A program made the position numbers and the translations under genes. Below the pieces are notes generated by a model, which made no database searches, had not been told where the DNA came from, and saw only the letters and a list, made by a program, of their open reading frames with translations. A stretch of 64,000 nt of DNA from Rhodothermales bacterium (lineage in GTDB: Bacteria > Bacteroidota > Rhodothermia > Rhodothermales > Bin80). Shown here one piece after another: positions 26,883 to 36,717 of the stretch (position 1 is its first letter; each line of letters opens with the position of its first letter). The stretch lies in assembly GCA_965219915.1 (NCBI GenBank), contig OZ244794.1, positions 579,343-643,342 of the forward strand. The letters are read 5' to 3'.

Positions 26883-29417
26883 TCACTCATCGCACAAGAG
26901 TTCTATCCTAAACTGGTTCCATTCAATCGAGTGATTCTTGATCAGTCCCGCGTCACATAAATGCCCTATAATGGTCATCAGGCGCTTGGGTTTAAGCCTA
27001 AAGATCTCCCCCATCATAAAACTTGCAACGGCTGCTATATCACCTTTCTCGTATGCATGAGACTTCCCGCAAGCGGAAGCAAAGTACAGCAATGCCTCAC
27101 GTGCCAATACTCGATCTTCCTCTGGTATGGCATCTATATTTACCGTTCCAGCCCACACTTCAACTTGGGACATTTCGAGAATGCTACTCACTATGGATTC
27201 AGAATTCCTCCACTCATCTGTAATCCAACGAGCATAAATCAATATTAAACCGCTAAACTCCGGCATCCGGCCATACTCTCTCATAATTTTCCGATACACC
27301 CTCGCTGCCCACTTGGAGGTCCCTTGAACTGCATAAGCCGCAAGGGCAATTGTAAAAATACGGGACTCCAGCAGCGAAGGCATCTGGATTTGATCAACAA
27401 ATTCCGCCACCCCGTCAGTCAGATTCATGATCTCTTTGGCAACCCCTTCCGAGATTCCATCAAGTTTACCCCGAACCAACTTGGAACCCTCAGAATTCCA
27501 GTCAATCTGTTCGCCTAACCACACTATCGTATCCCAATCAAGGCTGGGCGGTGACTTGAAGATGGGATGTAGAGTCGTATCATGGGTTTGTAGTCCGTGA
27601 TTAATATCCCAAGCGCTAATCGGTGAACTCGGGAATTCTGTGTCCGATAACCGATTCATCTCATCAACAGAATCCACTCCTGAATCAGGAGGTGCGGAAT
27701 AACATATTCCGGGTCTGCTCCCTGATACGTAAGCAACTGTGGTTGCAGCACTTTGGAATAGCTTCGTGCCTCGGGGAGCTGGTAGTGCCTGTTTGATTGT
27801 TTTTGGCAGTTCTTCCTGTATTTGAGCGTCCTCAGCTACAAGTACAAGACTGGTAAGGTGTGTGACCAGTCCCGCTTGAACCGCTATATTCGCCGCCCAT
27901 TTCTCCTCTGCACCTGAAAAAGCCAAACTGGCTGCATAGGCCGCAACCGCCTCCGAGAATTCACCACTGACTTGGCGATTCTTAGTCACGTGAGACCAAG
28001 ACGCCTCAATTGATGCATTATTGCGGGCCGCTACTACATGTTCTGGTAGCCCCGAACTATCTAAATCACAACGAACACCTCGAATGGATTTTCGTCGCAT
28101 TCCCTGTATACAGGCCTGAATGGCCTGGCTAACATCCGCCCCAAAACTAAAATGAATATCTCCTCCACTAAGCACGGCCAGATGCCCGACATTCGCTTCC
28201 AGACTCCCCTCTCCCACCAGAACCACAAATATTCGATGTCCACGCTTTGCCAACTGCTGAACATCTAAATCATAGCTTTGACCATCAGTTATCAACAGGA
28301 TATCCCGGCCTTCTTCAGAGGTGCAAACTTGATTTAAAGCACGTCCGATGGAAGTTCCCCCGCGAGGACCACCTAGTTTGGAAAGCAAGCTCCCAAATTC
28401 TTCGGAGTTGCTGGAGTTAAATTCTCCCACACGGTCACAATCGGTATCAAATTCCCATAAAGCCAGGTGATCCCCATCTATCAGTAATGGTTGCACTTCA
28501 CGTAGGCCGCGAACCACAGCTTCGTGTTGAGTTTCGTAATCATCACCGGAATATGTGCACGGACTGCCCATAGAGCCGGATCTGTCCACAAGCACTGCCG
28601 CATTCAGGGGGGCACGCTGCTTATCGTGTGGAGATATTTGAAGCGACACTAGACGACCGTCTCCGCTAATACCGGCCAGTTCTGAAGTGGCTACACCGGA
28701 CACTCTAAGTTCAATTGGGGCATTACCAGGAATTTTAGCAAAATAGAGATCCCCTTCCACCTGACATAAACTGCCCTCTGCTAATTCTACACTTGCTGCA
28801 TCATGCTGTATGCTTAGCGTAGCCTCAGGGATGGGGCCACCAGTGGTTAGTGCATCTACATCCTCCAATGGAGATATTCCATAAACGTCACCCACTGTAA
28901 GAGGAATTCGCAATTGACCGATACCCTCATGAAAACGTAGCAATTCTGCCCAGCGAGTCGTGACCGTTACTGTTTTACCGGAACCAAGATTGCCAACTGA
29001 AAGGGAATGAATCCCTCGCAGTAGCTCTTCATGCAACACTGCGGCCTTGCCCTCATCGATCGCCTCCTCGTACGTTTCAAGTGCCTCCTGTTTTGGCTTT
29101 GCCTGCGCATCGTAAGACTTCCCGTCAATAATCGCGCTCAATCCAAAAAATGCTGCGTGAATAGATACCGGTAGACTCATCACAGCTTCAATGGGGCCAT
29201 CAGCTTTGTTGATATATGTTCTTACGGCTTTTACAAAAGCCAGACCACCACGAATCGTTACATGGAAATCCAGTTTTACCAACGGTGCGTCATTTGCTGT
29301 GGAGTCACTATGCACTAGATCTGCAAATGGATCATCGTGCCGCCTTCGCTCTGGAAAATGCGGTAACGCCAAGAAATCAACGGTTGTAGAATCGGGTGAG
29401 AATTTGTGTAGCGTCAT
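26883..29417 (-). CDS. Cytoplasmic VIT-vWA domain protein with an uncharacterised ~300-aa helical C-terminal region
   Basis: VIT-like block: VKLDFHVTIRGGLAFVKAVRTY ... AKPKQEALETYEEAIDEGKAAVLHEE ... SVGNLGSGKTVTV. vWA MIDAS motif: AVLVDRSGSMGS (DxSxS), with later TSIGRAL and LLITDG. There is no N-terminal signal peptide (MTLHKFSPDSTTVDF...). Confidence 0.8.
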   Translation of the reverse strand: MTLHKFSPDSTTVDFLALPHFPERRRHDDPFADLVHSDSTANDAPLVKLDFHVTIRGGLAFVKAVRTYINKADGPIEAVMSLPVSIHAAFFGLSAIIDGKSYDAQAKPKQEALETYEEAIDEGKAAVLHEELLRGIHSLSVGNLGSGKTVTVTTRWAELLRFHEGIGQLRIPLTVGDVYGISPLEDVDALTTGGPIPEATLSIQHDAASVELAEGSLCQVEGDLYFAKIPGNAPIELRVSGVATSELAGISGDGRLVSLQISPHDKQRAPLNAAVLVDRSGSMGSPCTYSGDDYETQHEAVVRGLREVQPLLIDGDHLALWEFDTDCDRVGEFNSSNSEEFGSLLSKLGGPRGGTSIGRALNQVCTSEEGRDILLITDGQSYDLDVQQLAKRGHRIFVVLVGEGSLEANVGHLAVLSGGDIHFSFGADVSQAIQACIQGMRRKSIRGVRCDLDSSGLPEHVVAARNNASIEASWSHVTKNRQVSGEFSEAVAAYAASLAFSGAEEKWAANIAVQAGLVTHLTSLVLVAEDAQIQEELPKTIKQALPAPRGTKLFQSAATTVAYVSGSRPGICYSAPPDSGVDSVDEMNRLSDTEFPSSPISAWDINHGLQTHDTTLHPIFKSPPSLDWDTIVWLGEQIDWNSEGSKLVRGKLDGISEGVAKEIMNLTDGVAEFVDQIQMPSLLESRIFTIALAAYAVQGTSKWAARVYRKIMREYGRMPEFSGLILIYARWITDEWRNSESIVSSILEMSQVEVWAGTVNIDAIPEEDRVLAREALLYFASACGKSHAYEKGDIAAVASFMMGEIFRLKPKRLMTIIGHLCDAGLIKNHSIEWNQFRIELLCDE

Positions 29418-29424
29418 GGGAATC

Positions 29425-29808
29425 CTATTTGTCTGGTTTTGAAAAAATGCGTTCCAAGACTGATTTGATATGCTCCTCTAACTCGTCAATTGGAACGCTT
29501 TCTGCAATCAGGCTTGGGTTAATAATTAGCGATATACCTGGAACAACTTGAAATGGCACGCCTGTTTGGGTCTCCATCAGTAGCCGGATTGAAGCTGGAG
29601 AAAAACCTGCTGCACGCAGATGCTGATATCGCTCAATCGCCGATACATGGACATCCCCATACACAGCATTGGCCCTGCCTCCAGTCGGGGGAGGTACAAA
29701 GCCTTCAGCAATCAGGTAGCGCACCTGACGTGCTGTGTATCCGGTCGTTTTGGTAAGTTCTCGCATCGTCATTTTCCTTTTGACGTACTTTTTGTCAAAA
29801 GGTTTCAT
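29425..29808 (-). CDS. MerR family transcriptional regulator
   Basis: MTMRELTKTTGYTARQVRYLIAEGFVPPPTGG is a MerR-type N-terminal HTH. The stop lies 7 nt before the VIT-vWA start. The start is ambiguous (ATGs at 29808 and 29772; the ORF track extends to 29874). Confidence 0.75.
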   Translation of the reverse strand: MKPFDKKYVKRKMTMRELTKTTGYTARQVRYLIAEGFVPPPTGGRANAVYGDVHVSAIERYQHLRAAGFSPASIRLLMETQTGVPFQVVPGISLIINPSLIAESVPIDELEEHIKSVLERIFSKPDK

Positions 29809-30318
29809 TTTCAAGAGATTTTTTTGTTCCCTTGGAAATTCCCACAACAATTGCTCGCCTCTACTGCAATGCACATCCCACTTTAGCCGTCCGGTTCAGT
29901 CACAATTTGAATGGAATGAATTGACTTGCGTAAACCAAGACCAACATTTTCATGGAGGACACTTTTCCAGTTTTTGGATGCCCCTAAGAGACAGGCTCAC
30001 ATGACAATCGCGAATAGCCATGTCTTCTCGGGTCACCTGAATGTGATAGAGATATTCGGTGATCTCTATATGTCCGATCTGATTCAGGATGGCACAGCTT
30101 GCTAGCAATTGAATCTAGAAACAATTCCGCGTCGGGCACTCCCTCTGGTAAGGGTTAATCAGGCCTGCTTAGTTTGAATCACGTAATCCCGTGCTGTGCT
30201 GAACGGGGCTCGGGGAAGGGTCAGAAAAGCCTCAAGACGGTTGACGTTCTGGAAACCTAGACCTACATCGCGTGTACAGGCAACGAAAGCTAGGTGCTAA
30301 GGAGAATCAAGAATCAAA

Positions 30319-30582
30319 ATGCGGATGAAAAAGATAGACTGGACCAGCAAGCGCGTCGAAAGACTCAACATTATTCTGTCCTGTGTCGGATGGGGCCTTC
30401 TAGCCTTGGCAATGGTGTTGGAGATAGTGTTCAAGGGGACTTTAGATCTGACAGCAAGCGGTAATACCGGCATCGTGTTCATGGTTTGGTTTATGGGCCA
30501 ATTGTTCTATGCTTATAAGCGTGACCAGCAGCGCTTATTGGATCGCCTGGAAGCAGGTGGCCTCCTCAAGAAAGAACCCTGA
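30319..30582 (+). CDS. Small two-TM membrane protein, hypothetical
   Basis: There are two hydrophobic segments (LNIILSCVGWGLLALAMVLEIVF and GIVFMVWFMGQLFYAY). The gene is divergent from the MerR gene. Confidence 0.4.
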   Translation: MRMKKIDWTSKRVERLNIILSCVGWGLLALAMVLEIVFKGTLDLTASGNTGIVFMVWFMGQLFYAYKRDQQRLLDRLEAGGLLKKEP

Positions 30583-31021
30583 CGAAATCCACAAAGAGGC
30601 GTTGATCTGTGATTGGGGGCTGTTCACATCACCGTTTCCATTGTCCCACTGGTACGCCAGGGTGACAGGCGTGTGGGCAAAAACGTATAGAACCAAACAA
30701 GGACGGGCCTAGTGCACAATATTCTGCCCCCGCGAATTCAATCAAAAGCGGGAACCCTACCGAACCACAAGCCACCAATCAATCGAGGGGAGTCGAGCCC
30801 ACCGCCGCGAGCCCTGATATAATTGCAGACCACACGAACAGCGCCGGAAAGGGAAACTTGGCGGCCATCCAGTATCGTGTCGTGGTGCGACCAGGAGCCC
30901 CGTTGACTGTGGCACGGAAGTCATCGGTAGCACCGCCCGGTGAAGGGAATTTCAGTACCAACCATACGCGGAGCGGTGTGCTCGTCGAACGGAAACAAAA
31001 TAGAATTACTGAGATGTCCGG

Positions 31022-31948
31022 TTACATGACACGATCCACGAAGGCACGTGTATGCACTTCAACAGGCACTTTCATGAGTTCCAATACTCCACGGGCTACA
31101 TGTTCGGAGAGCCGACGAAAGGCCTCCTCCCCTTTCTCCTTGGTAGCGCGTAGCGGATTCCCGATAACCCCGCTCTCAATAAACTCGTGGTGATCCATGG
31201 GGAAATTGAAGTAGTTGTATCCTTCGAATTCCACGTCCGGCATTCCATCTTTCTTGGCAAAGGATTGGGGCAGAAAATCAGGGATATGCGCCTTGGTGAA
31301 TGCTGCACGCTCCATACGGACCAGATTCTCATTCCATGCAAGATCCTGTGCGGTTTCCAGCTCACTGGCATGCCAACCAGGTGTCTCCTCGGGTGGATTT
31401 TCCATCAATCCCTTCAGAATTCCCGTGTAGCGCTCCATGTACGGCTTAACAAAGCTGATCAGAGCCCCTGTTTCATAACGGAGTTTTCTCAGAACTGGGT
31501 CAACAACCTTGACATTTGAACCATGGCCATTAATGAAAATGATTCGATTGAATCCATGGTGAATCAGACTGCGGGCGACATCGTGCATTACAGCTAGTAG
31601 CGTCGTACTCCGAACCGTGATGGTGCCGCGTCCCTGGCCGGGCTCATGCATATGCTGCGGTGAGTAACCCATCCAGATGGGCGGCGAGTGCACGACGCCA
31701 ATCAGGTGTGACACACGCTGGGACATATGAATTGCGGTGATGGTATCCGTATAGAGCGGCAAATGTGGTCCATGCTGCTCTAGGCTGGCCACGGGTACTA
31801 AAACGATATCCTTGTGCTCGAGGTAAGCTCTGATGTCCGTCATGGTCAGATCTCCCAGATCCCATGACAGGAATTGGGCTCGGAAGTCGTCGTCGCCGGA
31901 GGTCAATTTCGGCAGGTGGCTAAGGTCGATAGGTGAGGAAGCGATCAT
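31022..31948 (-). CDS. Creatininase-family amidohydrolase
   Basis: VLVPVASLEQHGPHLPLYTD, FINGHGSN and WHASELET match PF02633 metal-ligand contexts. Confidence 0.85.
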   Translation of the reverse strand: MIASSPIDLSHLPKLTSGDDDFRAQFLSWDLGDLTMTDIRAYLEHKDIVLVPVASLEQHGPHLPLYTDTITAIHMSQRVSHLIGVVHSPPIWMGYSPQHMHEPGQGRGTITVRSTTLLAVMHDVARSLIHHGFNRIIFINGHGSNVKVVDPVLRKLRYETGALISFVKPYMERYTGILKGLMENPPEETPGWHASELETAQDLAWNENLVRMERAAFTKAHIPDFLPQSFAKKDGMPDVEFEGYNYFNFPMDHHEFIESGVIGNPLRATKEKGEEAFRRLSEHVARGVLELMKVPVEVHTRAFVDRVM

Positions 31949-33174
31949 GTGTGCTGTGATTCCATGAGTTGGATGAATAAATCTGCCACGGCGACCCCGA
32001 AACTTGGGTCATTCACATGGCAGTCGTAAAGTTCTATCGGAATATCCGTTCGCAAGTGCTGCTTTAGCTCGCCGATGAATCGGCCGTCAGCTTCAGGATC
32101 CCAAAAGACTCCGTCGGGCACATTTGGGATAGACAGGCCTCTCAGAGGAATGACCATCTTGACGGGGCCTTGGGCAGGATTCAGTTTTCGGGCAAAGATT
32201 CGGCCAAGCTCAGCCATCTCATCGCCGGTGGCGCGAACGAGTACGTACTCTGGGTTATGATCATACTTGGGGCGGCTGCGCAAATCTTCAGGAACGGTGC
32301 CAGCATTCCAGACACTGAAGTCAATGCACCCCGGGACAACGACCTGAGGCAATCCCAGACGGCCGATAACTTCCAGGCGGTCGGGACCGCCATCGTGAAT
32401 GCCTCCTACAAGCGGGTCGTAGACCTCGTTAGTTGTGAAGTCAATCACGCCAACGAATTGGTTTTGCATTGCCAGTTCCTCCATGGCCGGGCCGCCCACG
32501 CCATTGGAGTGGAAAATAACTGCTTCAAATCCAGCGCGCTCCAAGCGCTCTTTTGTCGCCATGACAGCAGTCGTAGTATTGCCCAACATGGTGATCGCGA
32601 TGTTGCGGCCCTTAGGTGCAACCAGACCGCGGCCGTGCAAGGCCATTCCATAAAGTGCTGCGGCTACATTGTCGAAGATACTGCATGCAATAGGATTCAA
32701 TCCCAGGATATCCACTACAGAGTGAACGATCATCATGTCACGTGTACCAACCAGTGGTGCGAAGTAGTGGTATCCTGAGGCAATAGGGGATACCAGTACT
32801 TTGGGTACACCAACTGGGAGTACCATCATGGCTGCGGCCCCCATGACCGCCCCTTCAGCACCGCCCATACTCACGATCGCGTCAAGCCGCCCAGTGCGGT
32901 ACAATTCCGATACGAGATTTTTGAGCGATTCACGCATCAGGTCAACGGCTTTTCCCCGACTGCCTGCGGTACGCATGGTTTCCAGGTCGGAGCCCGCGTA
33001 GGTTGCTGATTGTTCGTGTGGAATATCCGGTACGATATCCAGCGGTTCGCCAAGAATGCCGGAGTCAATCACGATAGTGGATAGCCCTAGTTCCTGGAGC
33101 CGGTCACGGAGATACGCAATTTCTGGACCTTTGGTGTCCAGTGTGCCAATAAGTACAGCCGTTTTGGCCATCAC
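31945..33174 (-). CDS. UPF0261 / Tm-1-like ATP-binding domain protein
   Basis: MAKTAVLIGTLDTKGPEIAYLRDRL is the hallmark N-terminus of UPF0261. There are 4-nt overlaps with both neighbours. Confidence 0.85.
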   Translation of the reverse strand: MMAKTAVLIGTLDTKGPEIAYLRDRLQELGLSTIVIDSGILGEPLDIVPDIPHEQSATYAGSDLETMRTAGSRGKAVDLMRESLKNLVSELYRTGRLDAIVSMGGAEGAVMGAAAMMVLPVGVPKVLVSPIASGYHYFAPLVGTRDMMIVHSVVDILGLNPIACSIFDNVAAALYGMALHGRGLVAPKGRNIAITMLGNTTTAVMATKERLERAGFEAVIFHSNGVGGPAMEELAMQNQFVGVIDFTTNEVYDPLVGGIHDGGPDRLEVIGRLGLPQVVVPGCIDFSVWNAGTVPEDLRSRPKYDHNPEYVLVRATGDEMAELGRIFARKLNPAQGPVKMVIPLRGLSIPNVPDGVFWDPEADGRFIGELKQHLRTDIPIELYDCHVNDPSFGVAVADLFIQLMESQHT

Positions 33175-34262
33175 GAATGAGAAGGTAGTCGTGTGAGCAA
33201 GGTCTCGTAGAGGCCCTGTATATGCAGATTGCTCTTATCACGAAGACGGAGTTCATGGAGTGTTACGGGATCGTCGCACACGATAGATTTTGCGCCACGA
33301 CTGATTGCATCCTCCAGTCGTGCTTCGGTCAGCCGGACGCCAATATCAGGCCGGGTAAACTGAATCGCTGTGCTTCCAACCGGGTGTGCACGATCTTTTC
33401 GCCAAAACAGCTCCAATGGAGCATGGCCGAGAGCCACCTGACAAAGTGCGCGCGCAGCGTTGAAACGTCCTGGAAGTCTAACCGCATGCGTAGGGTCAAC
33501 ATAGGCCGTGGCATTTTCTGTGATTCCAGCTGGGGGGATCATTTCGAGACTCTGAACCTTCATGGCCAGAAAATCAACCAGATCGAGGATTACTACATCT
33601 TCGGGCCATGTAATATCCAGTCGTTCCTGGTGCATCTGGCGAATAGCGAAGAGGTCCTGCGGCGAAAGCACCAGGAGCTTTTTAATTCCGGCACGCTGGA
33701 CCTCTTCTATGCACAGACGGGCCTGCGCATGTGCGGTTATTGGATAGCCCAACGAGCACGGGATAAACCCGCTGTCAAGTCCACAGCCCACAGGTACGAC
33801 ATCGAGTCCGCAGGCCTCCAAGAGTTTTAGGGCAGCTTGCATAGTCTCCCGAGCAAGATTGAAACCCACATCTCCCACAAACAGGCCCCACTCCCCCTGC
33901 TTAGTAACAGGTTCATAGCTTCCGAAGGCTGAGTGATTTTCAGCGATCCGTTTATGTGCACTGACCACTTTTGAAGGTGCAAGACCATTGTCGGCCACTT
34001 CTGCACGTATGGCGGCGATGGCAGCGGGCAATGGCTGATCCGTTACACAGTGTGCTCTACAGTTACCTCCGTCAGGTTCAGCGTACAGAACATCCAGTGT
34101 ACTGGCATTCCAGGTTAGTTGGCCTCGGCGTTGCATAGCTGCGACCAGGGCGATGCCATGCGGAGTGACGGACTCATTGTGAGTTATGTGACCCACTGGG
34201 GCCACATGTCGGCACATTAGGCAGAAGCGACAATTCTCTATGGCACCAATCGCTGTATTCAT
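33171..34262 (-). CDS. (Fe-S)-binding protein, heterodisulfide-reductase/GlcF-like
   Basis: An N-terminal CRFCLMCRHV cysteine cluster and further Cys-containing C-terminal segments. It is positioned after a GlcD-like flavoprotein. Confidence 0.6.
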   Translation of the reverse strand: MNTAIGAIENCRFCLMCRHVAPVGHITHNESVTPHGIALVAAMQRRGQLTWNASTLDVLYAEPDGGNCRAHCVTDQPLPAAIAAIRAEVADNGLAPSKVVSAHKRIAENHSAFGSYEPVTKQGEWGLFVGDVGFNLARETMQAALKLLEACGLDVVPVGCGLDSGFIPCSLGYPITAHAQARLCIEEVQRAGIKKLLVLSPQDLFAIRQMHQERLDITWPEDVVILDLVDFLAMKVQSLEMIPPAGITENATAYVDPTHAVRLPGRFNAARALCQVALGHAPLELFWRKDRAHPVGSTAIQFTRPDIGVRLTEARLEDAISRGAKSIVCDDPVTLHELRLRDKSNLHIQGLYETLLTRLPSHS

Positions 34263-34272
34263 TTGCTACAGT

Positions 34273-35721
34273 TCAGTGTCCGAACCCAACTTTACCCGGG
34301 TTCATGATCCCGTTTGGGTCTAGTGTTTTCTTGATCCGATCCAGTAGCGGCCATGCATCTCCATACTGGCGACGCATGAACCGGGAGAGCTTCAAACCGA
34401 CACCATGGTGCTCATTTACCATTCCCCCATTCTCCAAGACTGCGGTCATGGCCGTATTCCAAACCTGGTTATGAAGCCGGACGGCTTCTTTGGCATCATC
34501 GGGAGGATTGCGGATGATAAACCTTGTATAGACCATCACCCCCCAATGGAACCAGTGGGAAAAATGACCAATGAAGTCAATATCCCACTCTTTGTAGCCT
34601 TCCTCGACTGCTTTTTTTTCTGCGAAATATAGTTTTTCAATCTTATCGTAGGTCGTCACGGTTTCTGTGGTCCCGTACATCCACGGCAGCTTGAGGCTTT
34701 GTGGAGGATAATAAAAGTCGTAGCGCTGATTCCACCAGGCCTCGCCAGGTTCGCGCCCGAGATCACGAGCCCCGAACCCATTGATTATATCCATAGCCTT
34801 TTCTTCCTGCAGGGTTGCAATATCCTTATCGCCATCAAATCCCAGCACCATGTAGGCACCTTCAAGTTCGTAGCCCAGTATTTTCTTCACTCGGGATGCG
34901 GTTGAACGGGGATCATATAGGCGAATCACAAAGGGCTCCAGCCGGCGTGTCATGATTTGTCGCCCTGCCTCAATAGCATCTGTCAAGTCTTCGAAAAGCA
35001 CCGCACGCAGCAGGCGGCATTCGGGCAGGTAGTCCAGCTGCATGGTTGCTTCTGTGATCACACCGAAGGTACCCTCGGAGCCCAGGAACAACCGATAGAA
35101 GTCAGGTCCAGCTGCATGCTGAGGAACGATTGGTGTGCGTAAAATATGCCCGTCCGGCAGCACAACCTGCATGCGCAGTACCAAGTCCTCAGCTTTGCCG
35201 TACTTGGTACTGATTGTTCCTGTTCCGCGAGGAGCCAGGTATCCACCCAGCGTAGCACAGTTTGCCGAGGCAGGATAGTGTGGAAGCATGAGACCTTTCT
35301 CGTTCACGGCCCATTCCAATTGCTTGCCGTTGATGCCAGCCTCGGCGGTGACGGTCAGAGATTTTTCGTCAATCTCAACGATCCGGTTCATCCGCTTAGT
35401 ATCAAGGACTATGCCCCCGAATACGGGCAATGCACCTCCCTGAGAACCAGATCCGCCTCCCCAGGGAATAACTGGAATTCGATAGGCGTTGGCGACCTGA
35501 AGGATAGCCGAGATCTCCTCGGCACTCTTGGGACGGACGATGTAGTCGGGCTTGCGTGGCGTTTCACCGCGGTCCAGCCACATTTGTGGTAGCCAAAACC
35601 AGTCAGTGGCATACACGAGTCGGTCCGCGTCGTCGGTTGATACATGTGCATCGCCCACAATCTCCGCGAGCTCGCTGCGAACCATTTCGGGTTGAAGCCC
35701 CGTCCACTCCATTCTAAGCAC
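34273..35721 (-). CDS. FAD-binding oxidoreductase (FAD_binding_4, GlcD-like)
   Basis: IPVIPWGGGSGSQGGALP and NEHHGVGL are typical of FAD-linked oxidases. Confidence 0.85.
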   Translation of the reverse strand: MLRMEWTGLQPEMVRSELAEIVGDAHVSTDDADRLVYATDWFWLPQMWLDRGETPRKPDYIVRPKSAEEISAILQVANAYRIPVIPWGGGSGSQGGALPVFGGIVLDTKRMNRIVEIDEKSLTVTAEAGINGKQLEWAVNEKGLMLPHYPASANCATLGGYLAPRGTGTISTKYGKAEDLVLRMQVVLPDGHILRTPIVPQHAAGPDFYRLFLGSEGTFGVITEATMQLDYLPECRLLRAVLFEDLTDAIEAGRQIMTRRLEPFVIRLYDPRSTASRVKKILGYELEGAYMVLGFDGDKDIATLQEEKAMDIINGFGARDLGREPGEAWWNQRYDFYYPPQSLKLPWMYGTTETVTTYDKIEKLYFAEKKAVEEGYKEWDIDFIGHFSHWFHWGVMVYTRFIIRNPPDDAKEAVRLHNQVWNTAMTAVLENGGMVNEHHGVGLKLSRFMRRQYGDAWPLLDRIKKTLDPNGIMNPGKVGFGH

Positions 35722-35811
35722 TAGGCAAGGTTGATAACTACGATTGGGCTTGCACTAACGCAAGTCTCAATTGATTCTTTAACTTCGTATTATGGGCAGT
35801 AAAATACTCAC

Positions 35812-36717
35812 TTGTCGGAAAATACAGCCATGGTTATCGCACTGCATTTGATATGGAGCCTGGTATTAGGTTTTGGAGCCCTCGACCAGTCGTCTGTACT
35901 GATTGTATCAGGACAGAACAATCATGACTGGGAACGCACCGTAGGACATCTTGAGCAGGCGCTCCTGGATGCTGGGATATTTTCGGTTGATGTAACACTA
36001 TCTCCGGGGAAAGAAGCTGATCAGGAGGCCTGGGATGGTTGGCAGCCGAGCTTTGATGAGTACGATGTGGTTGTGCTGGCCTATAATGGAGAGCCCTGGC
36101 CGGAGCGTGTGCGTGACGATTTTGAGGAGTTCGTCTCTGGGGGCGGCAGTGTTCTCGTTCAGCATGCGGCAAATAATGCATTTCCGGGATGGGAAGCCTA
36201 TGAGTCTATGGTTGGGCTTTTATGGCGAGGAAAAGATGCTGGTTATGGGGCGTACTGGGATGAGGAGCAGGGCCTGTTGCGGATACCTCCCGGAGAGGAC
36301 CGAGGTGCTGGGCATGGGTCGTTACATGACTGGCAGATCACAACACAGGACGCTGAACATCCTGTTATGGCAGGTTTACCCGCCGTGTGGATGCACCCCT
36401 ATGATGAGCTTTATCACGGCCAGCGTGGTCCGGCGGAAGAAATGAATGTGCTGGCGACCACATGGAGTGATCCAGAGTTCGGCGGAACCGGTAGGCACGA
36501 ACTAATGGTCTGGTGGAGGCAGTTTGGTGAAGGTAAAGTCATGACATTCTTACCAGGTCACCTTTGGGGAGGGCAGGAAGACGATCGCGCGCTTCGTTGC
36601 GTTGGGCTCAGAACACTATTGCAACGCAGCGTGGAGTGGCTAGCCACGGGGGAAGTTACGTTACCGGTACCGGAGAATTTTCCGACGGCGGAGAAAGCCG
36701 TCGTGATCGGTGAATAA
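35812..36717 (+). CDS. ThuA domain protein
   Basis: VLIVSGQNNHDW, VVVLAYNGEPW and VLVQHAANNAF match the ThuA glutamine-amidotransferase-like fold. TTG start. Confidence 0.7.
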   Translation: MSENTAMVIALHLIWSLVLGFGALDQSSVLIVSGQNNHDWERTVGHLEQALLDAGIFSVDVTLSPGKEADQEAWDGWQPSFDEYDVVVLAYNGEPWPERVRDDFEEFVSGGGSVLVQHAANNAFPGWEAYESMVGLLWRGKDAGYGAYWDEEQGLLRIPPGEDRGAGHGSLHDWQITTQDAEHPVMAGLPAVWMHPYDELYHGQRGPAEEMNVLATTWSDPEFGGTGRHELMVWWRQFGEGKVMTFLPGHLWGGQEDDRALRCVGLRTLLQRSVEWLATGEVTLPVPENFPTAEKAVVIGE

